A DNA stretch of 64,000 nt, taken from the NCBI GenBank assembly GCA_023431405.1, contig JAEYVZ010000009.1, forward strand, positions 19,087 through 83,086. Reading direction: 5' to 3'. This DNA comes from Actinomycetes bacterium. GTDB taxonomy: Bacteria > Actinomycetota > Actinomycetes > Actinomycetales > Microbacteriaceae. Positions 49,122 through 59,081 of this stretch are shown in pieces (within the stretch, counting starts at the first letter, position 1; each line of letters opens with the position of its first letter). A program made the translations under genes and the position numbers. The notes beneath the pieces are model-generated. The model was not told the DNA's origin, searched no databases, and worked only from the letters and a program-made list of their open reading frames with translations.

Positions 49122-49157
49122 AGGCCCGCCCGCTCACGCATCGTGAGGGGCGGGCCT
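49122..49157. terminator. Hairpin between the convergent def and fadD genes
   Basis: aggcccgccc(g)ctcac pairs with gtgaggggcgggcct. TTTCC follows. Confidence 0.55.
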
Positions 49158-49170
49158 TTCCGTTCCGACG

Positions 49171-51006
49171 TCAGCCGAGCGAGACGTTCGACGTCGAGAC
49201 CGGCACGGAGTACAGCTGCTCGATGTCGCCGGCGAAATCGTCGAGGATGACGTTTCGCTTGATGCTCATCTTGGGGGTCAGGTGCCCGCTCGCCTCGGTC
49301 CACTCCGTGTCGAGGATCTCGAACTTGCGGACCGACTCGGCGCGCGAGACGCGCTTGTTGGCGATGTCGATCGCGCGCTGCACCTCGGCGCGCACCTTCT
49401 CGTTGCGGATCGCCTCCGGCATGGGCATATCGGCGGGAAGGCCGTTGTTGCCGAGCCAGGTCGGCAGCATCTCGCGATCGAGGGTGATGAGGGCCGCGAT
49501 GAACGGCTTCTGGTCACCGACGACGACGACCTGGCCGACGATGGGGTTCGCGCGGATGGGGTCTTCGAGCGCGGCCGGCGCGACGTTCTTGCCGCCCGCC
49601 GTGACGATGATCTCCTTCTTCCGGCCGGTGATCGTGAGGTAGCCCTCGCCGTCGACCGACCCGATGTCGCCCGTCTTGAACCAGCCGTCGTCGAATGCCT
49701 CGGCCGTCGCCTCGGGGTTCTTCCAGTACTCCTTGAAGACGTTGACTCCCTTGACCTCGATCTCGCCGTCGTCGGCGAGGCGGATGCTGACGCCCGGGAG
49801 CGCCGGACCGACCGTGCCGATCTTGGACTTCGTGGTGAGGTTCACCGTGGCGGGCGCCGTCGTCTCGGTGAGACCGTAGCCCTCGAGGATGTGGACTCCG
49901 AGGCTGTGGAAGAAGTGTCCGAGACGGGGCCCGAGGGGAGCCGAGCCGGAGACCGCGTACTTCACGCGGCCTCCCATCGCCGTGCGCAGCTTCGAGTAGA
50001 CGAGCTTGTCGAAGAGGGCGAACTTGATCTTCATCCCCAGCGGGATCTTCTCGCCGTCCTGAAGGCGGCGCGAGTGCTCGACGGCGGTGGCGGCTGCGGC
50101 GCGGAAGATCTTGCCCTTGCCTCCCGCCTCCGCCTTCTGCTCGGCCGAGTTGTACACCTTCTCGAACACGCGTGGGACGGCGAGCAGGTAGGTGGGCCGG
50201 AACGATCCGAGTGCCGCGAGGAGCTTCGTCGTGTCGGGCTCGTGACCGGTCTTGACGCCCGCATGCACGTTGAGCGCCGCGATGAAGCGGGCGAAGACAT
50301 GGGCGAGGGGGAGGAAGAGGAGCGTCGATGCGCCGCCGGGCGTGTTGACGACGTCTTCCAGCGCCTTGGCGGAGTTGCGTGACAGCTCGACGAAGTTGCT
50401 GTGCGTCAGCACGCAGCCCTTGGGGCGACCGGTCGATCCCGACGTGTAGATGAGGGTGGCGATGTCGGAGCCGACAGCCAGGCGACGGCGACGCTGGATC
50501 TCCTCGTCGCTGATCTCGGAGCCCTTGGCGCGCACGGCATCGAGATCGCCGCCGGCCATCGACCACACATCGCGCACGAGCGGCACGTCGGCGCGGATCT
50601 CGTCGATGCGCGCGACGTGGTCGGCCGACTCCGCGATCACGGCCACAGCGCCGGAGTCGGAGAGGATCCAGTTGATCTGCGAGGGCGAGCTGGTCTCGTA
50701 GATGGGCACCATGACCGCGCCGGCGTAGAAGAGGGCGAAGTCGATCAGGCTCCACTGATAGGTCGTGCGGGCGATGAGTCCGACCTTGTCGCCGGGCTGG
50801 ATGCCGGATGCGGCGAGCCCCTTGGCGAGCGCGATCACCTCCCGCTCGAACTCGGCGGCGGTGACGTCGCGCCACCCCTCGCTGTCAGGCACGGCGAACA
50901 GAGCCAGCGACGGCGTCGCCTTGACCCGCTCGGCGAGCAGGTCGCTCACGTTGGCCTGCGGGTCTGCAGGCACGACAGCAGGGACTTCGAATTGGACGGC
51001 GCTCAT
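49171..51006 (-). CDS. fadD: Long-chain fatty-acid--CoA ligase (AMP-dependent synthetase)
   Basis: It has the AMP-binding motif IYTSGSTGRPKG, followed by GYGLTET and TGDIG. I placed the start at MSAVQFEV. Confidence 0.9.
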   Translation of the reverse strand: MSAVQFEVPAVVPADPQANVSDLLAERVKATPSLALFAVPDSEGWRDVTAAEFEREVIALAKGLAASGIQPGDKVGLIARTTYQWSLIDFALFYAGAVMVPIYETSSPSQINWILSDSGAVAVIAESADHVARIDEIRADVPLVRDVWSMAGGDLDAVRAKGSEISDEEIQRRRRLAVGSDIATLIYTSGSTGRPKGCVLTHSNFVELSRNSAKALEDVVNTPGGASTLLFLPLAHVFARFIAALNVHAGVKTGHEPDTTKLLAALGSFRPTYLLAVPRVFEKVYNSAEQKAEAGGKGKIFRAAAATAVEHSRRLQDGEKIPLGMKIKFALFDKLVYSKLRTAMGGRVKYAVSGSAPLGPRLGHFFHSLGVHILEGYGLTETTAPATVNLTTKSKIGTVGPALPGVSIRLADDGEIEVKGVNVFKEYWKNPEATAEAFDDGWFKTGDIGSVDGEGYLTITGRKKEIIVTAGGKNVAPAALEDPIRANPIVGQVVVVGDQKPFIAALITLDREMLPTWLGNNGLPADMPMPEAIRNEKVRAEVQRAIDIANKRVSRAESVRKFEILDTEWTEASGHLTPKMSIKRNVILDDFAGDIEQLYSVPVSTSNVSLG

Positions 51007-51165
51007 GGGCGGCAACTCCTTCGGTACCGGTACGGCGTCGGAAGTGACGGGTTGACATCGAGTGTAGTCGGGCGCGGTACCGGGTCCAGCTCTCGATATC
51101 GACGGTTTCTGCGGGACTAGACTTCTGCGGATGCCGGCGGTCTGCGCCGGCACGGGAGGAGAAGC

Positions 51166-52101
51166 GTGCACAGCGTCGGCATCGATATCGGCGGGACGAA
51201 GATCGCCGGAGGCGTGGTCGCCGAAGACGGCACGATCGTCGAGAAGCTGCGGGTCAGCACGCCCGAGAACGCCGACGCGCTCGCGGATGCCGTGGCCGAC
51301 ATGGTGCGTGACCTGGCATCCCGGCATGAGGTGCGCACGGTCGGCGTGGCTGCGGCCGGCTTCATCGACGCCTCGCGGTCGGTGATCGTCCACGCGCCGA
51401 ACATCGACTGGCATGACGAGCCGCTGCGCGCAGAGCTCGAATCCCGACTCGACCGCTCCGTCACCCTCGAGAACGACGCGAACGCGGCGGGATGGGGCGA
51501 ATACCGCTTCGGAGCCGGCCGAGGCTGCGCCAACCTCGTGATGCTGACCCTGGGCACGGGTGTCGGGGGCGCGGTCATCATCGACGGCCGACTGCTGGTG
51601 GGAGGCAACGGCAGCGGGGCAGAGCTCGGTCACGTGCGCTTCATCCGCGACGGCCGTGCGTGCGGCTGCGGGCAGAACGGCTGCCTCGAGCAGTACGCCT
51701 CCGGACGCGCCCTGCAAAGGGAGATCGCCGACATCGCGGAGGCGGGCGGTGCCGGTTCGTCGCTGGCGGCGGCGCGCGGTGAGGACGGCATCGTGCCGGG
51801 CGAGGAGCTGGCGCGACTCCTGTCCGACAACGACCCCGGCGCCCTGGAGGCCGTGCATCGTGTCGCGACCGCCCTCGGAGAATCGTGCGGCGGGTTCCAG
51901 GCGGTGCTCGATCCGGAGCTGTTCGTGATCGGGGGCGGTGTCGCCGACCTCGGCGAGCGGCTCCTCCAGCCGGTGCGCACCGCCTATCGTGCGTCGCTGT
52001 CGGGCCATGCCGATCGTCCGGTGGCCGACTTCGCCATCGCCACGCTCGGCAATGACGCGGGCCTCATCGGCGTCGCCGATCTCGCGAGGATGCGCGGCTG
52101 A
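51166..52101 (+). CDS. glk: ROK-family glucokinase
   Basis: It carries GIDIGGTKIAGG, the ROK signature, and the Zn Cys motif CGCGQNGC. Confidence 0.85.
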   Translation: MHSVGIDIGGTKIAGGVVAEDGTIVEKLRVSTPENADALADAVADMVRDLASRHEVRTVGVAAAGFIDASRSVIVHAPNIDWHDEPLRAELESRLDRSVTLENDANAAGWGEYRFGAGRGCANLVMLTLGTGVGGAVIIDGRLLVGGNGSGAELGHVRFIRDGRACGCGQNGCLEQYASGRALQREIADIAEAGGAGSSLAAARGEDGIVPGEELARLLSDNDPGALEAVHRVATALGESCGGFQAVLDPELFVIGGGVADLGERLLQPVRTAYRASLSGHADRPVADFAIATLGNDAGLIGVADLARMRG

Positions 52102-52103
52102 CG

Positions 52104-52790
52104 ATGTTCTACTGGTTCATGAAGTACGTCGTGATCGGTCCGGTCGTGAAGGCGATCTTCCGTCCGTGGATCGTCGGGCGCAAGAACGTTCCGGCCACCG
52201 GGGCGGCGATCCTGGCGAGCAATCACCTGTCGGTGAGCGACTCGATCTTCCTGCCGCTCATGATCGACCGGCCGATGTCGTTCCTCGCCAAGAGCGACTA
52301 CTTCACCGGGAAGGGCATCAAGGGCTGGGCGACCCGGATGTTCATGAAGGCGACGGGCCAGATCCCGATCGACCGCACCGGCGGTCGGGCTTCGGAGGAC
52401 TCCCTCAACACGGGTCTCCAGGTGCTCGGCCGAGGCGACCTCCTCGGGATCTATCCCGAGGGCACCCGAAGCCCCGACGGCAAGCTGTATCGCGGGCGCA
52501 CGGGGCTCGCGCGCATGGCGCTCGAAGCACGTGTGCCCGTCATCCCGGTCGTCATGGTCGACACGGGAGCGATCATGCCCATCGGGAAGACCGTGCCGCG
52601 CATCGGGCGCGTCGGGATGGTCATCGGGGAGCCCCTCGACTTCAGCCGCTTCCAGGGCATGGAGGGCGACCGCTACATCCTCCGTTCGGTCACCGACGAG
52701 ATCATGGTGGCGCTGCAGCGGCTGGGCGAACAGCAGTACGAGGACGTCTATGCGTCGACCGTGAAGCACCGTCGCCCCGAGGGTGTCTGA
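52104..52790 (+). CDS. plsC: 1-acyl-sn-glycerol-3-phosphate acyltransferase
   Basis: It has the HX4D-type motif NHLSVSD and the PEGTRS motif. Confidence 0.85.
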   Translation: MFYWFMKYVVIGPVVKAIFRPWIVGRKNVPATGAAILASNHLSVSDSIFLPLMIDRPMSFLAKSDYFTGKGIKGWATRMFMKATGQIPIDRTGGRASEDSLNTGLQVLGRGDLLGIYPEGTRSPDGKLYRGRTGLARMALEARVPVIPVVMVDTGAIMPIGKTVPRIGRVGMVIGEPLDFSRFQGMEGDRYILRSVTDEIMVALQRLGEQQYEDVYASTVKHRRPEGV

Positions 52791-52840
52791 ACGCTGTCAT
52801 ACGGTCGGGCCGGGCACCTGCGCGCCGGTAGACTGAGCGG

Positions 52841-54181
52841 ATGCCCGTCCCCACGCTTGACGCCCTCGACACCTGGCGCTCGCTTCCCATCAAGCAGCAG
52901 CCCACGTGGTCTGATCTCGACGCAGTGGCCGCCGTCTCTGCGGAGATCGCATCGCTGCCGCCCCTCGTCTTCGCCGGCGAGGTCGACAACCTCCGCGATC
53001 GGCTCGCACGGGCCGCCAGCGGCCAGGCCTTCCTCCTGCAGGGCGGCGATTGCGCCGAGACCTTCGCGGGGGCGACCGCCGAGCAGATCCGCAACCGCAT
53101 CAAGACGGTCCTCCAGATGGCCGTCGTGCTCACGTACGGCGCCTCGATGCCCGTCGTGAAGATGGGCCGCATGGCCGGCCAGTTCGCGAAGCCGCGCTCG
53201 AGCGACACCGAGACCCGGGGCGAGGTGACCCTTCCGGCCTACCGTGGCGACATCGTCAACGGCTACGACTTCACCGAGGCATCGCGCACGGCCGACCCGG
53301 CGCGCCTGCTGAAGGGCTACCACACCGCCGCCTCGACGCTCAACCTCATCCGCGCCTTCACCCAGGGCGGCTTCGCCGATCTGCGCGAAGTGCACAGCTG
53401 GAACCAGGGCTTCGCGAAGAACCCCGCCAACGTGCGCTACGAACGCCTCGCGACCGAGATCGACCGTGCGATCAAGTTCATGGAGGCCGCCGGCGCGAAC
53501 TTCGACGAACTGCGCGGGGTGGAGTTCTACACCGGTCACGAGGGTCTCCTCATGGACTACGAGCGACCGATGACCCGGATCGACTCGCGCACGGGTACGC
53601 CGTACAACACGTCGGCCCACTTCCTCTGGATCGGGGAGCGCACACGCGACCTCGACGGTGCGCACGTCGACTACTTCTCCAAGATCCGCAACCCGATCGG
53701 GGTGAAGCTCGGACCGACGACGTCGCCCGACACCGCCCTCGCCCTCATCGACAAGCTCGACCCCGAGCGCGAGCCGGGCCGCTTGACCTTCATCACCCGC
53801 ATGGGCGCGGGCAAGATCCGCGATGCGCTTCCGCCGCTCCTTGCAGCGGTCAAGGACGCCGGAGCAACTCCGCTGTGGGTCACCGACCCGATGCACGGCA
53901 ACGGCATCACCACTCCGACCGGGTACAAGACGCGTCGATTCGACGACGTCGTCGACGAGGTGCGCGGCTTCTTCGAGGCGCACCGGTCGGTCGGCACCTT
54001 CCCGGGCGGCATCCACGTCGAGCTCACGGGCGACGATGTCACCGAATGCCTCGGCGGGTCGGAGATGATCGACGAGGCGACGCTCGCCACCCGCTACGAG
54101 AGCCTGTGCGACCCGCGACTGAACCACATGCAGTCGCTGGAGCTCGCCTTCCTCGTCGCTGAGGAACTCGAGAAGCGCTGA
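52841..54181 (+). CDS. aroG: Class II 3-deoxy-7-phosphoheptulonate (DAHP) synthase
   Basis: It carries QQP.W and LLQGGDCAE.F, is about 446 aa long, and has a layout similar to Rv2178c. Confidence 0.92.
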   Translation: MPVPTLDALDTWRSLPIKQQPTWSDLDAVAAVSAEIASLPPLVFAGEVDNLRDRLARAASGQAFLLQGGDCAETFAGATAEQIRNRIKTVLQMAVVLTYGASMPVVKMGRMAGQFAKPRSSDTETRGEVTLPAYRGDIVNGYDFTEASRTADPARLLKGYHTAASTLNLIRAFTQGGFADLREVHSWNQGFAKNPANVRYERLATEIDRAIKFMEAAGANFDELRGVEFYTGHEGLLMDYERPMTRIDSRTGTPYNTSAHFLWIGERTRDLDGAHVDYFSKIRNPIGVKLGPTTSPDTALALIDKLDPEREPGRLTFITRMGAGKIRDALPPLLAAVKDAGATPLWVTDPMHGNGITTPTGYKTRRFDDVVDEVRGFFEAHRSVGTFPGGIHVELTGDDVTECLGGSEMIDEATLATRYESLCDPRLNHMQSLELAFLVAEELEKR

Positions 54182-54205
54182 CGAGCTGAGGAGCACTGAC
54201 GTGCC

Positions 54206-54232
54206 CGCCCCGGTCCTTCGCGGGCCGGGGCG
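54206..54232. terminator. Hairpin between the convergent DAHP synthase and kinase genes
   Basis: cgccccgg pairs with ccggggcg. An outer ctgac/gtcag extension is also present. Confidence 0.45.
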
Positions 54233-54235
54233 CTG

Positions 54236-56179
54236 TCAGTCGCGGATGTCGATGGAGATCGTCACCGTCGTGCCGCGCTGCTGACGGGAGCCACCGCCGG
54301 GGGTCTGAGAGACCACCTCGGTGAGGCTGTTGACGGCGATGTTCCAGGGGAAGACCACCCCGCTCACCTCGAAGCCGGCATCGGTCAGGCGCTGGACGGC
54401 CTCATCGCGCGTCATGCCCACGACGCTCGGCACCTCGAAGAGCTCCGGGCCCTTGGACACGACGAGCGTCACGGTCTCGCCCTTGCGCCACGACCCGCCG
54501 CCCTCACGGTCGAGCATGCGGATGACGCGGCCCTCGTCGACGGTGGAGCTGTACTCGTCACGCCGGTCGACCTTGAGCCCGGCCTTCTCGAGCGTCGCCT
54601 GAGCATCGCTGAAGCGATCGCCGACGACCTCGGGCACCGGTCCGAGCGACACCCGGAGTTCCGCCGTGGAACCTTCGAGCACCGTACAGCCGTCGGTGCA
54701 CTCGACGCGCTCCTCGGTGCCGTTCTGCATTACGAACACGCGCCGCACCTGACCCGCCGGGATGCTGGTGAAGTACTCCGGCTCGGCGGTCACCTCGATG
54801 CTGTGCGCCGCGAGGAGGTCTCGCACCTCCTCGACGGGCTTTCCGAGGAGGGTGGGCAGCTCCGCATCGGCGGGACCGAGCGAGAGGATGACGGTCACTT
54901 CCGCTTTGCGGTCGAGCGGCGTGCCGGCGGGTGGGTCGGTGCGGATGGCGAAACCCTCGTCCACGTCGAGACTGTGCTCGCCGCCGCGCACGGCGACCAG
55001 CTCGGCGTCGGCGAGCTGTGTCTCAGCCTCGGCGAAACTCAGGCCCTCGACCGGCGGCACGCTCACTCGTGAGCCAGGCCCGGAGCCGAACCACCAGCCG
55101 GCGCCCGCGCCGAGGGCTGCCAGCACGACGACGAGAAGCAGGAGCCAGGTGCCCTTGGTGGCGTTCCGGCGCGTGCGGGTGCGGAGCTTCGTCGCGTTGT
55201 CGACGTCTTCGCTCACCTGCGGGGCCGTGAAGCTGCCCGGCAGCACCTTCGTGAGTTCGCCCGAGTCGATCGTGCCGTCTCCCACGATCACGCCTGCGCC
55301 GACCGGAGCCTGGCGCACCACCTGCGGGTGGACACCCAGTTCCTTCTCGATCTCGCGCAGCCTTTCGAGCATCACCCGCGCATCGGTGGGTCGCTCGTCG
55401 GGCTGCCGCTCGGTCGCCCACAGCACGAGCTCATCGAGCGGCTCGGGGACGCCGGGGTTCTTGGCGCTCGGACGCGGCACGGAGTCGGTCGCGTGCTGGT
55501 ACGCGATCTGCATCGGCTGCTCGCCCTTGTACGGCTGCTCGCCCGTGAGCATCTCGTAGAGCATGATGCCGAGGGCGTAGATGTCGCTTCGGGCATCGGC
55601 GGTGCCACGGGTGACGAGCTCTGGCGCCAGATAGGCGATGGTTCCGAGCAGCATCTGGCCGGTGGCGGTGTTGGCGCTCGTGGCGCGCGCGAGGCCGAAG
55701 TCGCCGATCTTGATGCGCCCGTCTTCGGCAAGGAGCACATTCTCGGGCTTGACGTCGCGATGCACGATGCCCGCGCGGTGGGCCGCGGAGAGGCCGGAGA
55801 GCACGGCATCCATGATCGTGATCGTCTGCGGGATGGTGAGGCGGCGCTGCTCCCGCAGGAGCTCGCGCAGCGTGATGCCGGGGAGGTACTCCATGACGAG
55901 GTACGCCATCTCGCCGTCTTGACCCTGGTCGAACACGTTGACCACGTGCGGGTCGGCGAGCCTCGCCGCCGCCCGCGCCTCCTGGATGAAACGGCTCTGG
56001 AAGACGGTGTCGTCGGACAGGTGCCCGTGCATGACCTTCAGCGCGACGCGTCGTTCGAGGCGCAGGTCGGTGGCGACGTAGACGGTGGCCATGCCGCCGC
56101 GCGCGATGCGAGCACGAACGCGGTATCGGCCGTCGACCAGACGGCCGATCAGCGGGTCCGTCTGCTGACTCGTGCTCAC
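54236..56179 (-). CDS. pknL: Ser/Thr protein kinase with four extracellular PASTA domains (pknL position)
   Basis: It has Hanks kinase motifs (VALKV, HRDVKPEN, DFGLA, APE), one TM segment and four PASTA-like repeats. Its neighbours match the Rv2175c-Rv2178c region. Confidence 0.88.
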   Translation of the reverse strand: MSTSQQTDPLIGRLVDGRYRVRARIARGGMATVYVATDLRLERRVALKVMHGHLSDDTVFQSRFIQEARAAARLADPHVVNVFDQGQDGEMAYLVMEYLPGITLRELLREQRRLTIPQTITIMDAVLSGLSAAHRAGIVHRDVKPENVLLAEDGRIKIGDFGLARATSANTATGQMLLGTIAYLAPELVTRGTADARSDIYALGIMLYEMLTGEQPYKGEQPMQIAYQHATDSVPRPSAKNPGVPEPLDELVLWATERQPDERPTDARVMLERLREIEKELGVHPQVVRQAPVGAGVIVGDGTIDSGELTKVLPGSFTAPQVSEDVDNATKLRTRTRRNATKGTWLLLLVVVLAALGAGAGWWFGSGPGSRVSVPPVEGLSFAEAETQLADAELVAVRGGEHSLDVDEGFAIRTDPPAGTPLDRKAEVTVILSLGPADAELPTLLGKPVEEVRDLLAAHSIEVTAEPEYFTSIPAGQVRRVFVMQNGTEERVECTDGCTVLEGSTAELRVSLGPVPEVVGDRFSDAQATLEKAGLKVDRRDEYSSTVDEGRVIRMLDREGGGSWRKGETVTLVVSKGPELFEVPSVVGMTRDEAVQRLTDAGFEVSGVVFPWNIAVNSLTEVVSQTPGGGSRQQRGTTVTISIDIRD

Positions 56180-56267
56180 GCGTCGAGTCTACGGAGGGTG
56201 TGCCGTGAGCCGGGGGAGCGGCTCGCCCCCGATCGCTGTCCGTCACCGGGGGAGAGGCGCCGAAAGG

Positions 56268-57323
56268 TCATCCGTGCTTCTTCAGCCAGGCGTACGCCTG
56301 CTTCTCCCAGAGGGCGTAGCGGTCGGGGAAGGCGGAGATCTGCACGGCTTGAGCGGCGGCCCCGAACTCCATGTCCCGCCAGCCGGGGATGTCGAGGAGT
56401 CCGCGGGTCGCGGTGCCGTTCGGATCGCGAGGCCCGCCGAAGAAGGCGGCGGCGGAGCGACGCGCGTCGCGGACCTGGGCACGTGTGCCCCAGCCTGTCG
56501 AGGGGCGCTGCTGGAACATGCCGAGCGAGTCGTAGGTGCCGTGGTCGACGTTGCGGATGCCCGATTCGACCATTGCGGTGGCCAGAGCGATCGCGATGCC
56601 CTTGCGGGGGACGCCGCGCTCTCGCCCCACCGAGATGATGAGCTTGACGCCGGCGATCTGCTCTCGGTCGAGCGTCACGTGCGGCGCCGCGTGCGATCCC
56701 TTCTGCGATGTCTGCGCGCGTTTCGACGCCGAGGACGGCTTCTTCGTCGACGACGCCTTTTTCTGCGGGGCGGAGTCGCCGGTGCCGGGGATCCGGAGCT
56801 TCTCGCCGGGGTAGATGATCGCGCCCGCCGACAGGTCGTTGGCCCGCATGAGCGCGCTGACGCTCACGCCGTTGCTGCGGGCGATGGCCCAGAGCGTGTC
56901 GCCGCGGGAGACGACGTGCGTCGAGGCGGAGCGGGCCGACGCCGATGAGCCCGAAGCCGACGACGGCGCGGCCCGGCGGTCTCCCGAGCCGGGGGCCGAC
57001 AGGCGGATCACGTCGCCCGGGCGGATGATCGATTTCCAGCCGAGGTCGTTCCAGGCGAGGACGTCCGCGGTGCGAAGCCCGTGGCGGGCGGCGATCCCGC
57101 TCACCGTGTCGCCTCGGACGACCGTATGCGTGCGGGGACGCGTCGCGGCCTCCGCCTTCGCAGCCGTGGGGGCGACCCCGGTCGGAAGTGCGCGCATCAC
57201 GGGCTCACGGTCCGTGGTCACCGCCGCGTCGGCGTACGCCGGGGCGGCGGACAGAGACAAGGCGATCGTTCCGAGCACGGCGACCGGCGCGGTCGCGGTG
57301 GCGCGTTCAGTCCTGAGATTCAC
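56268..57323 (-). CDS. Secreted protein with two LysM domains and a conserved C-terminal domain
   Basis: The two LysM repeats are HTVVRGDTVSGIAARHG and HVVSRGDTLWAIARSNG. It has a signal-like N-terminus. I chose the GTG start at 57323. Confidence 0.8.
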   Translation of the reverse strand: MNLRTERATATAPVAVLGTIALSLSAAPAYADAAVTTDREPVMRALPTGVAPTAAKAEAATRPRTHTVVRGDTVSGIAARHGLRTADVLAWNDLGWKSIIRPGDVIRLSAPGSGDRRAAPSSASGSSASARSASTHVVSRGDTLWAIARSNGVSVSALMRANDLSAGAIIYPGEKLRIPGTGDSAPQKKASSTKKPSSASKRAQTSQKGSHAAPHVTLDREQIAGVKLIISVGRERGVPRKGIAIALATAMVESGIRNVDHGTYDSLGMFQQRPSTGWGTRAQVRDARRSAAAFFGGPRDPNGTATRGLLDIPGWRDMEFGAAAQAVQISAFPDRYALWEKQAYAWLKKHG

Positions 57324-57393
57324 GTCGGTTCCCCTCTCGGCGGCCGAAGCCACGCTGTCACGGATGGTGAAAGGTGTCAACCAGAGTGGCGGG

Positions 57394-57417
57394 TGTGACA
57401 TATGTGACGAATGTGAC
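57394..57417. repeat. Three direct TGTGAC repeats with 9-bp periodicity
   Basis: TGTGAC occurs at 57394, 57403 and 57412. The repeats lie in the divergent region between the LysM gene and the Rv2175c-like gene. Confidence 0.75.
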
Positions 57418-57464
57418 TCAGGTGGTGCACGACGGGTCCTCTCGCACGCGTCCGACGGGGGTGC

Positions 57465-57833
57465 GTGCGATGCGATAGTGGAAGGGTGACTGAGGAATCC
57501 GCCCCGAACGCCCGTGTCTGGCTGTCTCTCGCCGACCTGGTCGAGATCACCGGTGAACCGCTCGGAAGGGTGCGTCGCCTCCTCGATGAGAAACACCTCA
57601 TCGGCACGCGACGCGACGGCATGCTGCGCGTTCCGTCCGACTTCCTCGTCGACGGGCACCCCATCGGCTCGCTCCGCGGCACCATCATCGTGCTGCAGGA
57701 TGCCGGGTTCAGCGACGACGAGGCCATCGACTGGCTGCTGGAGCCCGAGGAGTCGATCGGGATCGCTCCGATCGAGGCCCTGCGGGCGGGTCGCAAGAGC
57801 GAGGTGCGGCGGGTCGCGCAGGCGCTGGCCTGA
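57465..57833 (+). CDS. Rv2175c-like winged-helix DNA-binding protein
   Basis: It carries WLSLADLVEITGEPLGRVRRLLDEKHLIG.RRDG.L.VP and sits next to pknL, as in M. tuberculosis. Confidence 0.7.
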   Translation: MRCDSGRVTEESAPNARVWLSLADLVEITGEPLGRVRRLLDEKHLIGTRRDGMLRVPSDFLVDGHPIGSLRGTIIVLQDAGFSDDEAIDWLLEPEESIGIAPIEALRAGRKSEVRRVAQALA

Positions 57834-57878
57834 CGCCGAGGGCGCCCTTCGTCGCGAGGTCGAGCCGTCGCGCGCCGC

Positions 57879-59015
57879 TCAGGCGCTGCGCGTCACGGCA
57901 TCCCGCGCAAGATCGCGAAGGCTCGACACGGCGGCGTTGTCGAGGGCTGCCGCTCGCAGGGCCCGGTCGGCCTCGGCGGCGTAGTCGGCGATGAGGGCCT
58001 CGACGCGCTCGAGTGCGCCCGAGTCGACGATCGTCTCCTGCAGATGCGCGATCTGCCGGGCGTCGAGCCCGGGGTCGCCCAACAGCTCGTCGAGAGTGCG
58101 TCGCGCTCCCGCCGGCAGCGCTTCGCGGGCGTACGCGATGAGGAGAGTGCGCTTGCCCTCGCGCAGGTCGTCACCGGAGGGCTTGCCCGTCACGGCGCTG
58201 TCGCCGAAGACGCCGAGGACGTCGTCGCGCAGTTGGAACGCGAGCCCCAGGGGAAGGCCGAACGCGGCGAGCGCGTCGGCCTGCGCCTCATCGGCGCCGG
58301 CCAGCCGCGCACCGATGAGCAGCGGCTGCTGCACGCTGTAGCGCGCCGACTTGAAGGTGGCGACGCGCAGGGCTCGCTCGGCGTGCTCCTCGTCGGGCAG
58401 GGTCGCCGCGGCGGCCTCCTCGACGATGTCGAGGTACTGGCCGACGGTGACGTCGCGGCGCATGCGTGCGTACTCCTGGCGGGTCGCCGCCGCTCGTCGT
58501 GACGCGTCGTTCGTTCGCGCGTCGTCGGCGGCCGCCGAGTCGATGTCGGCCTGGAGCGACTCCTCGAACAGGTCGTCGCTCCAGGCGACCAGGAGGTCGC
58601 CGAGCAGGATCGCCGCCGAGCGTCCGAAGGCGGCTCCGTCTCCCCGCCAGGTGCCCGTGGCATGCACGGCCTCCAGCGCGCGGTGGGAGGACGGCCGGCC
58701 TCTGCGGGTGTCGGAGTTGTCGATGAGATCGTCGTGGACGAGGGCGGCGGCGTGGAAGTACTCCAGTGAAGCGGCGGTGCCGATGACGGCGTCGCCGGGG
58801 GCGGGCGCCGGCCGCGTGGCGGCGTGCGCCACGGCTTGCCATCCGGTGAGGCAGAAGCGGGCCCGCAGACGCTTGCCGCCGACGACGGTGGCGATGGCTG
58901 CTCGAGCGAAATCGCGGGCTTCGGGGCCGAGATGTTCGAGTTCGAAGAGGCGCTCGGAGGCGAACCTCTCCATCCGCTGGGAAACTGCGTCAAGAGCATC
59001 AGGAGAAGCGGTCAC
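57879..59015 (-). CDS. Polyprenyl (geranylgeranyl) diphosphate synthase
   Basis: It has the two Asp-rich motifs LVHDDLIDNSDTRRG and FQLRDDVLG. Confidence 0.88.
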   Translation of the reverse strand: MTASPDALDAVSQRMERFASERLFELEHLGPEARDFARAAIATVVGGKRLRARFCLTGWQAVAHAATRPAPAPGDAVIGTAASLEYFHAAALVHDDLIDNSDTRRGRPSSHRALEAVHATGTWRGDGAAFGRSAAILLGDLLVAWSDDLFEESLQADIDSAAADDARTNDASRRAAATRQEYARMRRDVTVGQYLDIVEEAAAATLPDEEHAERALRVATFKSARYSVQQPLLIGARLAGADEAQADALAAFGLPLGLAFQLRDDVLGVFGDSAVTGKPSGDDLREGKRTLLIAYAREALPAGARRTLDELLGDPGLDARQIAHLQETIVDSGALERVEALIADYAAEADRALRAAALDNAAVSSLRDLARDAVTRSA

Positions 59016-59081
59016 GGGCCTAGCCTAGTTCTCATGCTCCCGCGTAGAATCGGAGCACACGGTACGACCAAAGGGGGATGC

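Noticed and set aside
57324-57464. The leader of the LysM cell-wall gene might hold a c-di-AMP (ydaO) riboswitch.
   Set aside because: Such riboswitches often precede actinobacterial cell-wall hydrolase and LysM genes, so I read the minus-strand leader for the conserved ydaO elements. I could not recognise the pseudo-symmetric core, and the spacer is also rather short. A covariance-model scan would settle it.
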